Below are positions 1 to 13,145 of a DNA stretch of 64,000 bases, in pieces. The position numbers were made by a program, and so were the translations under genes. How positions within the stretch are numbered: position 1 is the first letter of the stretch; every line of letters starts with the position of its first letter. The DNA comes from Felis catus. Taxonomy: Eukaryota. The notes under the pieces are model-generated. The model worked only from the letters and a program-made list of their open reading frames with translations, ran no database searches and was not told where the DNA came from. Location: positions 97,714,001-97,778,000 of the forward strand of contig NC_058368.1 of assembly GCF_018350175.1 (NCBI RefSeq). Direction: 5' to 3'.

Positions 1-2176
1 TGCTCTGCTGGCAGTGACCTTGCTTTTCACACTTTCTCTTGTGGGAGGTTCAAGTGCTACATGACAGAGTTTTGCTCTTTATGTTTGACATCAAATGGCA
101 CATTTACATTTAATAAGCAAAGTAGCTCAGAGGAGGTGCAAACTTCTAAGTCCAGTCTTGGAGAAAGGGGGGCGCAGAGGATTTTCACTCCTCTCTCTCT
201 GGTTCCAGTGATTGAGTCATATACAATGTTTCCATCAAATGGACATTGCAGTAAATCCCACAGAGGTAGCCTGGGTCACATCCTGAAGATTAAACACAGA
301 ATAACCTTTCTACTCCACATAAAATAAGTTTCTGAAATCCTGTTATTTGCTATGGATCTGAAGTTTGGGGGCTATCCCTTCCTGTATAAATCAGGTTTAT
401 TTGTTGAAGGTCCATACCATAAATTCTGTCATGGAAAGTGGTCGCTGGTCTTGATGTGGTAATATTAACCACATGTGTGGCATTTATTTCGATGCAAATT
501 ATTTCGTGTAGATTAACTCGTACACTCTTTTGCAAGCCTTTAGGAGTAGAACTGGGCTTAATTGTTGAGAATATAACACAACTTGGAAACCTTCACATAC
601 TGGCTGTTTCGCATGCTTTTTCACTTTCCTTTTCTTTCTCAAAATATATTTCACTTCTTCTTCCACAGTTTCAGATCATGTTTCAGACGTTTAAATATCG
701 ACATTGGTGAAGGCACTGCTTCTCGTTCAGTGAAGGCTTTCTTTCAGGACTTATGGCCCTGTATATTCATAAGAGACGTTCTGGTGATTAGGAACCACTT
801 CATGCCGCCTAGAATATATCCCAGAGCTGGCCCAAATGTCACATCTAACGTGGCAGTGCCATACTGAGAGAGACACTCTTCTTATATACCCTTCCAGCCT
901 GGATTAGGGAGTGGACGCCTTTTTGCTTTCTGCCCCTAGCCTGTCCACACTAGAAATAATTGTGTATCACTGATGCCCTGACTATTTAGGTGAAAGACTA
1001 AACTTGGTTTGGGGAGTAAACATGTACTGAGCATTTTCACTGACCGGCTGTACGCTGGGAGCATAATACAGTGTTTCATTAATAGTTAATATGCACAACT
1101 ATTGTTATGTGTATCTTACACCCCTGTCAAATTCAGTTATGGTCATTTCAAAAGCAAACTCTAAGCATCAGCTTTTTCAAAGCTCCATGTTATTCATGGA
1201 GCCCATTTCATTAGCTCGTAAAAGTGTAGTTATTTCCTCATAATGTATAAACGATGTGTAAACGTTTAAAGGGAACGAACAATGGCCGATCATCAGAAAC
1301 AGCAAGTGACAATGAGCCCTCCAAGGAATATTCTTTTCCAAGACTCAACGCCTGGGAGTTGAAACTCTGGGCCCTTAGGATCACCAAACTGGTAGGGGCG
1401 GGCCAGCATCTCAGGAAATTTGACTTTTTGCAGCTGAAGTTTAAAACAGGGCTCTCCTTTTGATTTGCTTCCATGAATTTGCTACTTTGCTCAGTGTGGC
1501 TTTGCTCTTTATCCTTCTTACATGTAAAGGGGGCTCTTTAAACTGTTCTTGGTGAGGGGCGCCTAGGTGGCTCAGTCGGTTAAGCGGGCGACTTCCGACT
1601 CAGGTCATGATCTTGCGGTTCGTGACTTCGGGCCCCGTGTCGGGCTCTATGCTGACGGCTCAGAGCCTGGAGCCTGCTTCGGATTCTGGGTCTCCCTCTC
1701 TCCCTGTTCCTCCCCCACTTGCACTCTGTCTCTCTCACAAAAATAAATAAAGATCAAAAAAAAATTAATTGTTCTTGGTGACTGGTGCCCAGAGGACAGT
1801 TGCGGGGTTGATTTTATATTTTGGGGGGGTTTCTTATAAAATTAAATTGGGGGAAAATTGTGTAAAAACTGCTTCGTGAGACGTACTGTTTTTGTAATCA
1901 GAAAAAGTTATCTTTGGAAAGGTTGCCCCTTTCAACTGCTACACCAAGTAGTGAGTGTATAGCCGAAGGCATAAAACACTTGAGTTGCAAGAGACCTTAA
2001 AGATTATGCACGGCAACCCGTTCATTTCGTGAGGACCTAACACCCAGAAGCGTAGTAAGATCTTTCATTCTTTTCTGAACGGAAACAAACGTCAACGGAT
2101 GGGAGGCAACCACACCATGGGCAAATGAGAAGGAAAATAGTCCTTAATATCTGTGTTTTAATTTGCTTCCTTTCAG

Positions 2177-2742
2177 TGGCCACAGATGTCTTCAATTCCA
2201 AAAACCTGGCCGTGCAGGCGCAAAAGAAGATCTTGGGGAAAATGGTGTCCAAATCCATCGCCACCACCCTCATCGACGACACGAGCAGCGAAGTCCTGGA
2301 TGAGCTCTACCGAGTGACCAAAGAGTACACCCAGAACAAGAAAGAGGCAGAGAAAATCATCAAGAACCTCATCAAAACAGTCATCAAGCTGGCCATCCTC
2401 TACAGGAACAACCAGTTTAATCAAGATGAGCTGGCGCTGATGGAGAAATTTAAGAAGAAGGTTCACCAGCTCGCCATGACCGTGGTCAGCTTCCATCAGG
2501 TGGAGTACACCTTTGACCGCAACGTGTTATCCCGGCTGCTGAATGAATGCAGAGAGCTGCTGCACCAGATCATCCAGCGTCACCTCACTGCCAAGTCACA
2601 CGGACGGGTTAATAATGTCTTCGACCATTTCTCAGATTGCGATTTTTTAGCTGCCTTATATAACCCCTTTGGAAATTTCAAGCCCCACCTACAAAAACTC
2701 TGTGACGGTGTGAACAAAATGCTGGATGAGGAGAACATTTGA
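2177..2742 (+). CDS. TNFAIP8: TNF alpha-induced protein 8, terminal (main) coding exon
   Basis: Polypyrimidine tract and tttcag acceptor end at 2176. The exon translates [35 protein letters not shown]...KMLDEENI*, matching TNFAIP8/TIPE. The short first coding exon was not found in the window (presumably upstream). The ORF-track N-terminus MRRKIVLN... is intronic read-through. Confidence 0.97.
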
Positions 2743-3850
2743 GCGTATGAGCGAAGACTGACTGCTCGCGATTTATTTGAAAATGGAGCACTGCTGATGT
2801 ATGAAGGAAAAAAGAATTTTTTTTTTTTTTTTTAAGATTACACATGGTTCAGAAAGACATTGGCCAATTCGGTTGGTAGACATTAGTGGTAATGTCTTAT
2901 GTGGCTTGTTTTATTGGAAGAAAAGCATAGTGCCAAAAATTCTGGTGAAAGGCTCCCTAATGGTTGACAGATACGTGGGAAAAGTGTATGATGCAAATAT
3001 GGAGTCATACAAAGATGAATATGTATGGCTCTGAACCTCAAGACATCTATTTTAGAGCAGTTAATAGCACATTGGATATTTCTAACGTGTACAGAGTTAT
3101 GTATTTTGATTCACTATTATTCCTTACTATGTGTATGTACCTCTGTTAAGAAGCCGAGGTCTTTCTCTCGCTCTCATTGTTCCTTTTGAAACAATTTCAT
3201 TGGCGAGTTTACCTTTGGTTGAACATTCTTGCATTAAAGATTGTGTCACTGACATTCAAGAATTAAGTCTTCATGGAGAATTAAGACACTCAAGAATTAA
3301 GGTGGTCAAACGGAACCCTCAGAAAAATTGAAAAACGGCTTCTCTGAAGTCAGTATTGTAGGAACCAACTGTATGTGACATCACGAATAATGTTTCTGGA
3401 GTTGAAACGCTTCTGGAGTTGAGTCCTGTTTTTTAGTACCAACAGTGCTACATCCGAAACGTGGTAATTCTTGAAAATGTGCTGGTGGCATCTCTACCCA
3501 TTTTCGATGTGAGAGTCACAGAGGAAAATCTAGGTGGTTCTTGTAAAAGTTAAGTGGTATGAAGACAGTTACTACAATCTTTATTTTAGAGAGGAGCCCG
3601 TCAAAATAATGTAGGGGGATAAGGGCCAAAAAGGAGGAAAGCATATTGCTGTAGCATGTGAGAATGGAAATAAAAGGCATTTCAATGTTTAATAAGGTTT
3701 GATAGGTAAATAAAGAATGTCACTTTTTTATTTAACTATAAGGTTTTTGCTATTTTGTTATTTGCTATTTTGATGAGTAAACCAAAGAATATGTGCATTC
3801 TAAGCAGTTTGTGTGTTGTTTGTATATAATTTTGTGTGTGTAAATGATAA
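2743..3850 (+). other. TNFAIP8: TNFAIP8 3' UTR with tandem AATAAA poly(A) signals (3669-3674, 3709-3714)
   Basis: AT-rich, repeat-free sequence after the stop codon. Two AATAAA hexamers are followed by T/GT-rich downstream sequence. The exact cleavage site cannot be determined. Confidence 0.65.
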
Positions 3851-6800
3851 AGTAAGCATCTTATTTAAAAAATTTTTTTTAAGTTTATTTATTTTTGGGA
3901 GAGAGAGAGCAAAGCAGAGGAGGGGCAGAGAGAGAGGAAGACACAGAATCTGAAGCCAGCTCCAGGCTCTGAGCTGTCAGCACAGAGCCTGAGATAGGGC
4001 TTGAACCTATGAACTGTGAGATCATGATCTGAGGCAAAGGCAGGGACTTAACCGACTGAGCCACCCAGGCACCCCAGCATCTTCTTATTTTATAAAAAAG
4101 AAATGGAAACCTACTGGCCAACTATCAGGAAATAACAGACTTAAGTACCAGTCCTAAATATTTGCATCGTCACTGTGTCTGTGATTGAGTGTACTCTTTT
4201 GCCTTGAATTTGCCTGCCTCCCAGAACAGTGACATTAAAATAGTAGTTCACCGGGAAAGGTCCCACAACTTAAAAATTTCAGAGGTTGAGATCTGCTTGA
4301 ACCCACTCCAGCCTGAAGGAGGAGGGCCATTTCCCTGAGTCCCTCGTGTGCTTGTCCAAGACCGGCAGCAGAGGCAATGTGTCTCCTTATTTGATATTAA
4401 ATCCTTGACACCAAGATTAGAACTGAAATGACCGTTCTCACATCGCCAAGCGGGTAGGTGATTTTGAGATGTTATAGCAATAGCATAGCGACTGCAGAAA
4501 TGACCCCTTCCGCTTCATAACCTGCTAAGTTGCATGTAAGCTTCGTTCAGCAGCCTTCCATGGCCTTCCTCATGCGATCTTACTTCTGGCCTCTGCTTTC
4601 CTTACACGGGAAGGGAGTGTGGTCTTCAAGAGCTCCTGATTTAGTGCTTCTCTGTTCTCTACCAGTTCATCCTCAGCAGAGGCATGCAAAATGGAATGGC
4701 TTGGCCGTTGTAGGCTATTTCTTGCTCATCTCTAGCTGTGGACAGGACCCACCAGAGAGAGGATAAGGATACGTTTAGATCCGTCTGGGCACATTTTGGA
4801 TCATAAAATTGTGCCTGCAGGCCAGTCATCAAATGTGCTTGAGGGAGGGAGCGAGCAACCCTTCATCTCACACAGAAGGCAGCGAGGACTCTCCAGAAGG
4901 AGGGAGTCCTGTTAGCTGCCATTTCAGTATCATGTTCTGGAGGGAGCTCATCTCCTTACCAATCTTGTGCCTGCCTGGAAGGATGCCTTAGGGATGAGCT
5001 ACAAAGTCTTTTTTTGTTTTAGATTAAAAAAAATTTTTTTGAAGTTTATTTATTTTGAGAGAGAGTGAGAGATGAGCAGGGGAAGGGCAAAGAGACAGGG
5101 AGAGACGGAGAGAGAATCCCAAGCAGGCTCCGCACCATCAGCACGGAGTCCAATGCAGGGCTCGAACTCATGAACCATGAGATCATGGCCTGAGCCAAAA
5201 CCAAGAGTCAGGCCCTTAACTGACTGAGCCACCCAGGTGCCCCAGCTACAAAGTCTTGATCTGTAAGTTCATTTCTGATGCAACCAGACTCCCCTATGCA
5301 TGAATTTAGTTTTGGGGAAGGGTTGGAAAGGCTGGAAAGAATCCAAATATGCTCAAGATGGATAATTCTGAGCCAAGTTAATAGTCATTTGAGGGCCTTA
5401 AGAACATTTTTAAAAATTGAGTCTTTTTACATTTTAGAAAAAAATCATGAATTGTGTTAGAAATTGATTTTTCAAAATTTCATGCTGATGGCTTTTCTGC
5501 AAATATTATGAGTTAATATAATATAAGTGAGTGATAATATTAGGTGTTAACAGAGTGATTATTAGGTTCCAGCACACAAATGAGGAAACTACAAGAGAAA
5601 TTAAGGAATTGCCCAAGTTCACTTAGACTATTAAGTGTCAAAACCAGGATATCTATAAAACCCTATTTTTCTTTAAATATGGTATGGGTAAAGACATTTC
5701 TAGAAACATCATTGCTTCAGACAACAATGGGCAGTGTGCTTCTGAAATGGTTTTTCACAGAGTGACATATGAGACTGTACTTAAATCATGCAGGTCTGAT
5801 CTATTAAGATCTGGGTATGATCAGAGACATTTTGTGAACTTTTCAATACAGCTTCCAATTTGGAGACTTCTCATAGCTCAAATTTCAGTCCCCTCCAGAA
5901 CTTCAATTCAAGGTCCTCACAACCAACGATGATCCGTGGGGTACAGTGTGCACCTCCCCTGAGGCAGTCTTTCCATGGTTGAGAAGGGCACTTTATGTGC
6001 CCACAACCAAGACAGAAGCAACCTTCACCATTGTGTTCCCCAGCAAAGGTATGGCTTCACTTGGAAATATAACTGTTATTTGTCAGGTTTAGATGCTAAA
6101 AATATCTGAGCAAGTTAATTTAAAAATTTTTTTAATGTTGATCTATTATTTTTGAGAAACAGAGACAGAACGTGAACGGGGGAGGGACAGAGAAGCTCCA
6201 GGCTCCACACTGTCAGCACAGAGCCCAATGGGGGGCTCAAACTCACGAGCCACAAGATCATGACCTGAGCTGAAGTTGGTTGCTCAACCAACTGAGCCAG
6301 CCAGGCGCCAAGAGAATTGTGATTTATCGTTGAAATCCCTGATGAGACCCCCCTAATTGTAAATTAGCATACCATTCTTGACAGATACTAAGTCAAAGAT
6401 GAGCATCTCTACCCATTTGATGAAATATTTGTAGTAAATAGCTAAGTGCTATGTAATTGCTAGGAAATTAAAGTATTGTAATAAAACAAATTTAATTAGT
6501 ATGTTAATAAGATTTATAATATTTTTACATTTTTAGTGAAGCTTGCATTTCCAAACTTGCATTATCTAAAGTAGTTGAACTTTACAGTATTTGAAAAATC
6601 ACTGTTTTATTTGATATATTGCATTCCTCCTGGGTATAAAGCTTCTATGAAATTTGTCAAACACAAAGCAGGTTTTAGCAGTCAGTGGTATTAATGAAAG
6701 AGAAACTTTTATCCAAGCTCTGAAATGATTGTCCTTAGGATGTTCAGATAAAGTCTTTATAGAAACCCCTGTCACACTAACCAGAAATGAGTCAACTTTT

Positions 6801-7374
6801 TGTTTCCAAAATGAAACAACAGGAAAACCTACAGGAGCTCATAATCACATAGTACTATCGTGGCAAGCTATTGAAAATCCATTATTGCTTTTACTGAAGT
6901 GTCCTCATGGTTACTTACATATGCCCAGAGCCATAAAAACACTTTTATCTCAGGGAATTTCCCAAAATGGAAACATTTTTGTGTCACCAGCCAAAGATGT
7001 GTTTTTATGCCTGTCTAGCCAAAGACGTGTTTTCTGTCCAGCAGCGAACATCAGCCCCAAGTTCTAGGGGACAAGACACTCCAAAAACGTCCCGTCTGCT
7101 GAGCACTGAAAAAGGATACAGACAAGTCAGCCAGCGTTCACGGTTAAGAGAAAAACATCTGTGCTTTGGAAAATGTTCTTCAGTACACAGAACTGTGCTC
7201 TGTGTCCACCAAATTTCCATGAGATCTTTGCAAGATGAGCCAGCGAATGGATAAGGCCCCCTCATCTAACTTCATGGGTGGCTGAGGAAATTCTTTGCCT
7301 GCCTCGCTAATAGATATGTAACTGTTTCTGCCTCATGGAGATAAGGTGCTGATCTGGTGCTTGGGGTTTGTTTG

Positions 7375-7565
7375 TTTTTCATGCCAGTATAGTTAACATA
7401 CAGTGTTATATTAGTTTCAGGTGTACAATTTAGTGATTCCACACTCTCACATACAATGCCCGGTGCTCATCACAAGTGCCCTCCTTAATCCCCATCACCT
7501 ATCTCACCCATCCCCCCACTCACCTCCCCTCAGGTAACCACCAGTTTGTTCTCTGCAGTTAGGAG
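7375..7565 (-). mobile_element. Carnivore L1 3' end fragment
   Basis: gtatagttaacatacagtgttatattagtttcaggtgtacaatttagtgattc...ccaccagtttgttctct is the typical antisense L1 3' UTR terminus. Confidence 0.75.
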
Positions 7566-9109
7566 GTTTTTGGTACTTTTGTTCTTAACACAAGGAAAGA
7601 ATATGTTTTGATTCACAGAACAACCTAAGACAATGTGCTTCTCTGTACTTCAGTTTTTTCATTTAAAAGCTGATGGGTTGCGGGGGGCGCGCCTGGGTAG
7701 CTCAGTTGGTTGAGCGTCCAACTTCGGCCCAGGTAATGATCTCACAGTTTGTGAGTTCAAGCCCCACGTCGGGCTCTGTGCTGACAGCTCAGAGCCTGGA
7801 GCCTGCTTCAGATTCTGTCTCCTTCTCTCTCTGCCCCTCCCCATTTGTGCTCTGTCTCTCTGTCTCTCAAAAATAAATAAATGTAAAAAAAGATTTTTTT
7901 TAAAGCTGATGGATTGGGGCCCCTGGGTGGCTCAGTGGGTTAAGCATCTGCCTTTGTTTGGCTCAGGTCATGATCTCACCATTCTTAGGTTCGAGCCCCA
8001 GATCGGGCTCTGCTGACAGTGTGGATCCTCCTTGGGATCTCTCTCTTTCTCTCTCTCTCTTTTTCTCTCTCTCTCTCTCCCCCTTCCCACTTGTGCTTTC
8101 TCTCTCTCTTAAAATAAATAAACTTTACAAAATTAGAAAATAAAGAAAAGCCGATGGATTAATGAAGTCACTGTAACCTGACTGATGTGAGGTATAAATT
8201 CAAGACACGCAAGTGAAAACTCTGAGTACACATACCTGGACTGTCGCCATTATCTGGGATGATCGATGTTTTATGAGAGAGAAATCCAGATTCCATTTTC
8301 CCGCAAACGAGCCGCCCCTCAACCAGCCCAAGTGACTGTTCAGCAGCTCTTACTGCTTTTTTCTAAGACCGCTTATTATCCCGAAAGGATAAATACTTGC
8401 AAAGTAAAGTATACATTTTTATAAGACATTTAATGTCCTGCAAGAGGGCTTGCTGATAATTAAGTTGCTGGTATTATTGCTTTTCCCTAATCACACGGAC
8501 TTTGTGTTCTCATGACCAAGGAGTCATGGTTTTAGCTTGCTGTAAATATTCACTGAGCTTGCGGTGAGGTCCACAAGTGGAAATATTGCACAGTATTGTC
8601 GAACGCCACGTGTGGGGAATTTGGCATCTCTCCCTCCCGGGAACTCACTGGTGGGTGGTCAGGTAGAACCCTGTGGGTACAGAGGGTATGTGCAGGTGAA
8701 ACCAGTGGGTCTAGCTCCTGTCTGCCAGCCCCTCTCTTGCCTTATCTGAACTTCAAATAAGATCAACTACCTCACATTCTCATTTTAAGGATAAAACTAA
8801 AACACGGTGGGCATTGAAACCTGAAGGCCGTCCCTTTGTGAGGTGTTCTTTATCGATGGCCTCTTGCTGTTTGCAAACAAGCGATGAAAATAAGCCTGGA
8901 ATCTTAAATAAATTAAACAACAGATTTCCAAAGCCTGAGAGCATTTCATTCATTTCTGGTTTCCTTAAAAAAAAAATTGTCTTTTGCTTTCAATTTAGGA
9001 AAATTCTCTCGAGTCGAGTTGTTGAAAGGAATGGTTTCCGGCCATTACTTACACATGATCTCTTAGCCAGTTACATTCGGAATCTCTTCAATTATTTTAT
9101 CATTCTGGT

Positions 9110-10490
9110 TGGTGTTAGTTTTCTATTGCTACATAATAAGCCACCCCAAACTTTACTGGTTTAAGTAACAACAACCATTTTGGGGGCACCTGAGTGGCTC
9201 AGTGGGTTAAGCATCTGACTTCGGCTCAGGTCATGATCTCATGGTTCATGATTCGAGCCTTGAGCCCCTCATCAGACTCTGTGCTGTCAGCATGGAGCCT
9301 GCTTAGGATCCTCTGTCCCCTTCTCTCTGCCCCTCCCCAGCTCACTCTCTCTCTCTCAAAAATAAGTAAACATTAAAAAAAAAAAAAAGACCACAACCAT
9401 TTTTTTCTCCCATGATTCTGTGGGTTGACTGGGCATAACTGGTCAGTTGTCTTTATCAGGGTTTTCCGTGGTTGTGGTCAGATAGTGGCTCAGACTGGAG
9501 TCCTCTGGAGATTTGACTGTGCCACTGTGCCAGCCTCACCTCTTCCCCTAGTCTCTACTTATTAGTCAGGGCATCCAAAAGTGCAGGAACAGAAGTTTCC
9601 AGACCTTCTTAAGACAAATGTCCAGCACAGGCACGCTATTCCTTCTGCCCCATTCTACTGGTTAAAGCAAACTACAGGCTAGGCGTAGGGTCCTCAAGAC
9701 CACCTTCAGGTTTGATGATTTGCTAGAAGGACTTGCAGAACTCAGAAAAGCTGTTACTCACGATTAAGGTTTATTACAGTGAAAGGATATGGATTAAAAT
9801 TAGCAAAGGAAAAAGGCACATAGGACAGAATCCAAGAGAAATCAGGTGCAAGCTTCCAGATGTCTTCTTCTAGTCGAGTTTTACAGATAACATTTAATTG
9901 TCCTGGTAATGATGGATGACACCACGTACAGTGTGACCAACAGGAGCCATGATGTCTGGCTTTTTATTAGGAGTCGCTCAGATAGGCCTGGAATACCCAC
10001 ATGACCGACCTTAGTTACTCAGTCTCCAGAACCCCCAGAAGTCAAACTGTTACAGGATGGTCCCAAGTCCCAGGCAAATAAAACATAAGTTAATCAGAAA
10101 TCACATTGTTAGCACAAACTATCTGGCATGGACCAAGGCCCTTGATACACGAAGACACTCTAATTAAAGAGGACCTGTCAAGGATTTAGAGATTGTTTCT
10201 AGCTAGTCACAGGTTGGTTCTTTCTTTGAATTGCATGAATTTTTTTTTAAGTTTATTTATTTATTTCAAGACAGAGAGCATGAGTTGGGGAGTGGCAGAG
10301 AGAGAGAATCCCAAGCAGGCTCCACATTGCCAGCATAGAGCCCAATTCGAGGCTTGAACTTACAAACCATGAGATCATGACCTGAGCCAAAGTGGGACAC
10401 TTAATTGACCGAGCCACCCAGGCACCTCTGGATTGCACAAGTTTTGATCATCCCAAGCCTGCTGAGTCACCCCTTTACTGCACTTAAGTC
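9110..10490. mobile_element. Old LTR relics (MLT1-like ~9110-9680 adjoining MER21-like ~9685-10490), interrupted by SINEs
   Basis: tgttagttttctattgctacataataagccaccccaaa resembles an MLT1 terminus. gggtcctcaagaccaccttcaggtttgatgatttgctagaaggact...gtttattacagtgaaagga resembles MER21. Recognised by eye. Confidence 0.55.
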
Positions 10491-11059
10491 CAACTATGAT
10501 TTAGTATAGGAAGGTCTCCACAAGGGCATTAAATCTGTCATGCATGGTTTTCTGGGGCCATCTTTGAAAACTAGGTACCATATGACTATTCCCCCCTGCC
10601 TTGGCTCCAATAGAGGTAACAGAATACTTAGGGTGTCTTGTGTTCTTCATGGGATAGTCTGGTTTTTGTTTTGTTTTGTTTTGTTTTACCATTAATAGTG
10701 TCTTTATTTTTTTTAATTTAATTTTTTAAAATTTACATCCAAATTAACATATAGTGCAACAATGATTTCAGGGGTAGATTCTTTAGTGCCCCTTACCCAT
10801 TTAGCCCATCCCCCCTCCCACAACCCCTCCAGTAAACCTCAGTTTGTTCTCCATATTTATGAGTCTCTTCTGTTTTGTCCCTCTCCCTGTTTTTATATTA
10901 TTTTTGCTTCCCTTCCCTATGTTCATGTGTTTTGTATCTTCAAGTCCTCATATGAGTGAAGTCATATGGTTTTTGTCTTTCTCTGACTAATTTTGCTTAG
11001 CATAATACCCTCCAGTTCCATCCACATAGTTGCAAATGGCAAGGTTTCCCTCTTTTTGA

Positions 11060-11276
11060 ATTTTTTTTTTTTTCAACGTTAATTTATTTTTGGGACAGAG
11101 AGAGACAGAGCATGAACGGGGGAGGGGCAGAGAGAGAGGAAGACACAGAATCGGAAACAGGCTCCAGGCTCAGAGCCATCAGCCCAGAGCCTGACACGGG
11201 GCTCAAACTCACGGACCGCGAGATCGTGACCTGGCTGAAGTCGGATACTTAACCGACTGCGCCACCCAGGCTTCCC
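11060..11276 (-). mobile_element. Young SINEC_Fc-type SINE inserted in L1
   Basis: Near-consensus copy flanked by a ggtttcc(c/t)tctttttga target-site duplication (~11043 and ~11277). Confidence 0.9.
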
Positions 11277-12074
11277 GGTTTCCTTCTTTTTGATTGCAAA
11301 AAGATTTTTTTATTCTTCTTGGAGTAATACTCCATTGTATATCTATACTACATCTTCTTTATCCATTCATCCATCGATGGACATTTGGGCTCTTTCCATA
11401 CTTTGGCTATTGTGGATAGTGCTGCTATAAACATTGGGGTGCATGTGCCCTTCGAAACAGCACACCTGTATCCCTTGGGTAAATACCTAGTAGTGCAATT
11501 GCTGGGTCGTAGGATAGTTCTATTTTTAATTTTTTAAGGAAACTCCATACTGTTTTCCAGAGTGGCTGCACCAGTTTGCATTCCCACCAGCAGTGCAAAA
11601 GAGATCCTCTTTCTCCGCATCCTGGACAACATCTGTTGTTGCCTGAGTTGTTAATGTTAGCCATTCTGACAGGCGTTGAGGTGGTATTTCATTATGGTTT
11701 TGATTTGTATTTCCCGGATGATGAGTGATGTTGAGCATTTTTTCATGTCGGTTGGCCATCTGGATGTCTTCTTTAGAGAAGTATCTATTCATGTCTTTTG
11801 CCCATTTCTTCAGTGGATTATTTGTTTTTTGGGTGTTGAGTTTGATAAGTTCTGTATAGATTTTGGATACTAACCCTTTATCTGATATGTCGTTTGCAAA
11901 TATCTTCTCCTATTCCATCGGTTGCCTTTTAGTTTCACTGTGCAGATGCTTTTTATTTTGATGAGGTCCCAGTAGTTGATTTTTGCTTTTGTTTCCCTTG
12001 CCTCTGGAGACATGTTGGGTAAGAAGTTGCTGCAACTGAGGTTGAAGAGGTTTTTGCCTGCTTTCTCCTCGATG

Positions 12075-12077
<3 letters not shown>

Positions 12078-12125
<48 letters not shown>

Positions 12126-12328
12126 CAACGTTTATTTATTTTCGGGACAGAGAGAGACAGAGCATGAATGGGGGAGGGGCAGAGAGAGAGGGAGACACAG
12201 AATCAGAAACAGGCTCCAGGCTCTGAGCCATCAGCCCAGAGCCCGACGCAGGACTCGAACTCGGGGACCGCGAGATCGTGACCTGGCTGAAGTCGGACGC
12301 TTAACCGACTGCGCCACCCAGGCGCCCC
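12078..12328 (-). mobile_element. Young SINEC_Fc-type SINE with (TA)n tail, inserted in L1
   Basis: TSD tctcctc(g/c)atgattt at 12064-12078 and 12329-12343. A (TA)n run at ~12078-12123 occupies the tail position. Confidence 0.9.
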
Positions 12329-12692
12329 TCTCCTCCATGATTTTTATGGATTCCTGTCTTACATTGAGGTCTTTCATCCATTTTGAGTTCATTTTTGTCA
12401 AACACATCTTTTTAATACCTATATTTTTTCTTTTTTTTTTTAATTTTTTTTCAACGTTTTTATTTATTTTTGGGACAGAGAGAGACAGAGCATGAACGGG
12501 GGAGGGGCAGAGAGAGAGGGAGACACAGAATCGGAAACAGGCTCCAGGCTCTGAGCCATCAGCCCAGAGCCTGACACGGGGCTCGAACTCACGGACCACG
12601 AGATCGTGACCTGGCTGAAGTCGGACGCTTAACCGACTGCACCACCCAGGCACCCCCCTATATTTTTTCTTGAGATGACAATACCAATACTA

Positions 12693-13145
12693 TTCATAGC
12701 ACTTAGACTTATCAAAGTAGTTTCTTTTTTGGATGAACTACAGTGCTCTTCCCTGGTCGACAGCAATGCTTGCTTTTATCACTCTTCCAAATAACTGTTG
12801 GTTGTTTATTGCCCTGGTACAGTTTTGTGCAGAGTCTTTATCCAAAAATAAAGTAAATGCAACTCCTTTGCTCTTCCTGGTATCTTTGTCTTTCATCATA
12901 GTAACCTTTACAACTTTGCCGTACTGGGAAAATATCCAGTGTAAGTCATTCTTGGTCAGGGAAAGGGGCAAGTTGGATACATATACTGTGCTTTTATTTG
13001 GGGCCAATCCACCACTCATTTATTGAGGTGGGGCAGGCTGAGGAGACTAGACCACAAGCCTCAACTCAGCTGGGGTTCAACCCGACTCTTCCTTGTCTCC
13101 TGCTAGGGTCTTGGCATCACGGGTCCTGGGAGGGGTCAAGCGCCA
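12693..13145 (-). pseudogene. ZCRB1: ZCRB1 (U11/U12 snRNP 31K, RRM + CCHC zinc knuckle) processed pseudogene, 3'-truncated
   Basis: 13019 downward reads [40 protein letters not shown]...GRAL*FIQKRNYFDKSKCYE*, matching the ZCRB1 N-terminus. It is intronless with in-frame stops, and GC-richer 5'-UTR-like sequence extends to ~13145. Confidence 0.92.

Larger units (their letters stand above)
10705..12399 (-). mobile_element. 5'-truncated feline L1 (ORF2 C-terminus + 3' UTR) with two nested SINEs
   Basis: Minus-strand ORFs give L1 ORF2 peptides ([32 protein letters not shown]...[30 protein letters not shown]). A T-rich tail lies at ~10705. Confidence 0.92.

Noticed and set aside
2125..2176. ORF-track N-terminal extension [17 protein letters not shown] on TNFAIP8
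   Set aside because: It runs through a polypyrimidine tract and AG acceptor, so it is intronic read-through.
2173..2496. 107-aa antisense ORF
   Set aside because: Shadow of the TNFAIP8 coding strand, with no independent support.
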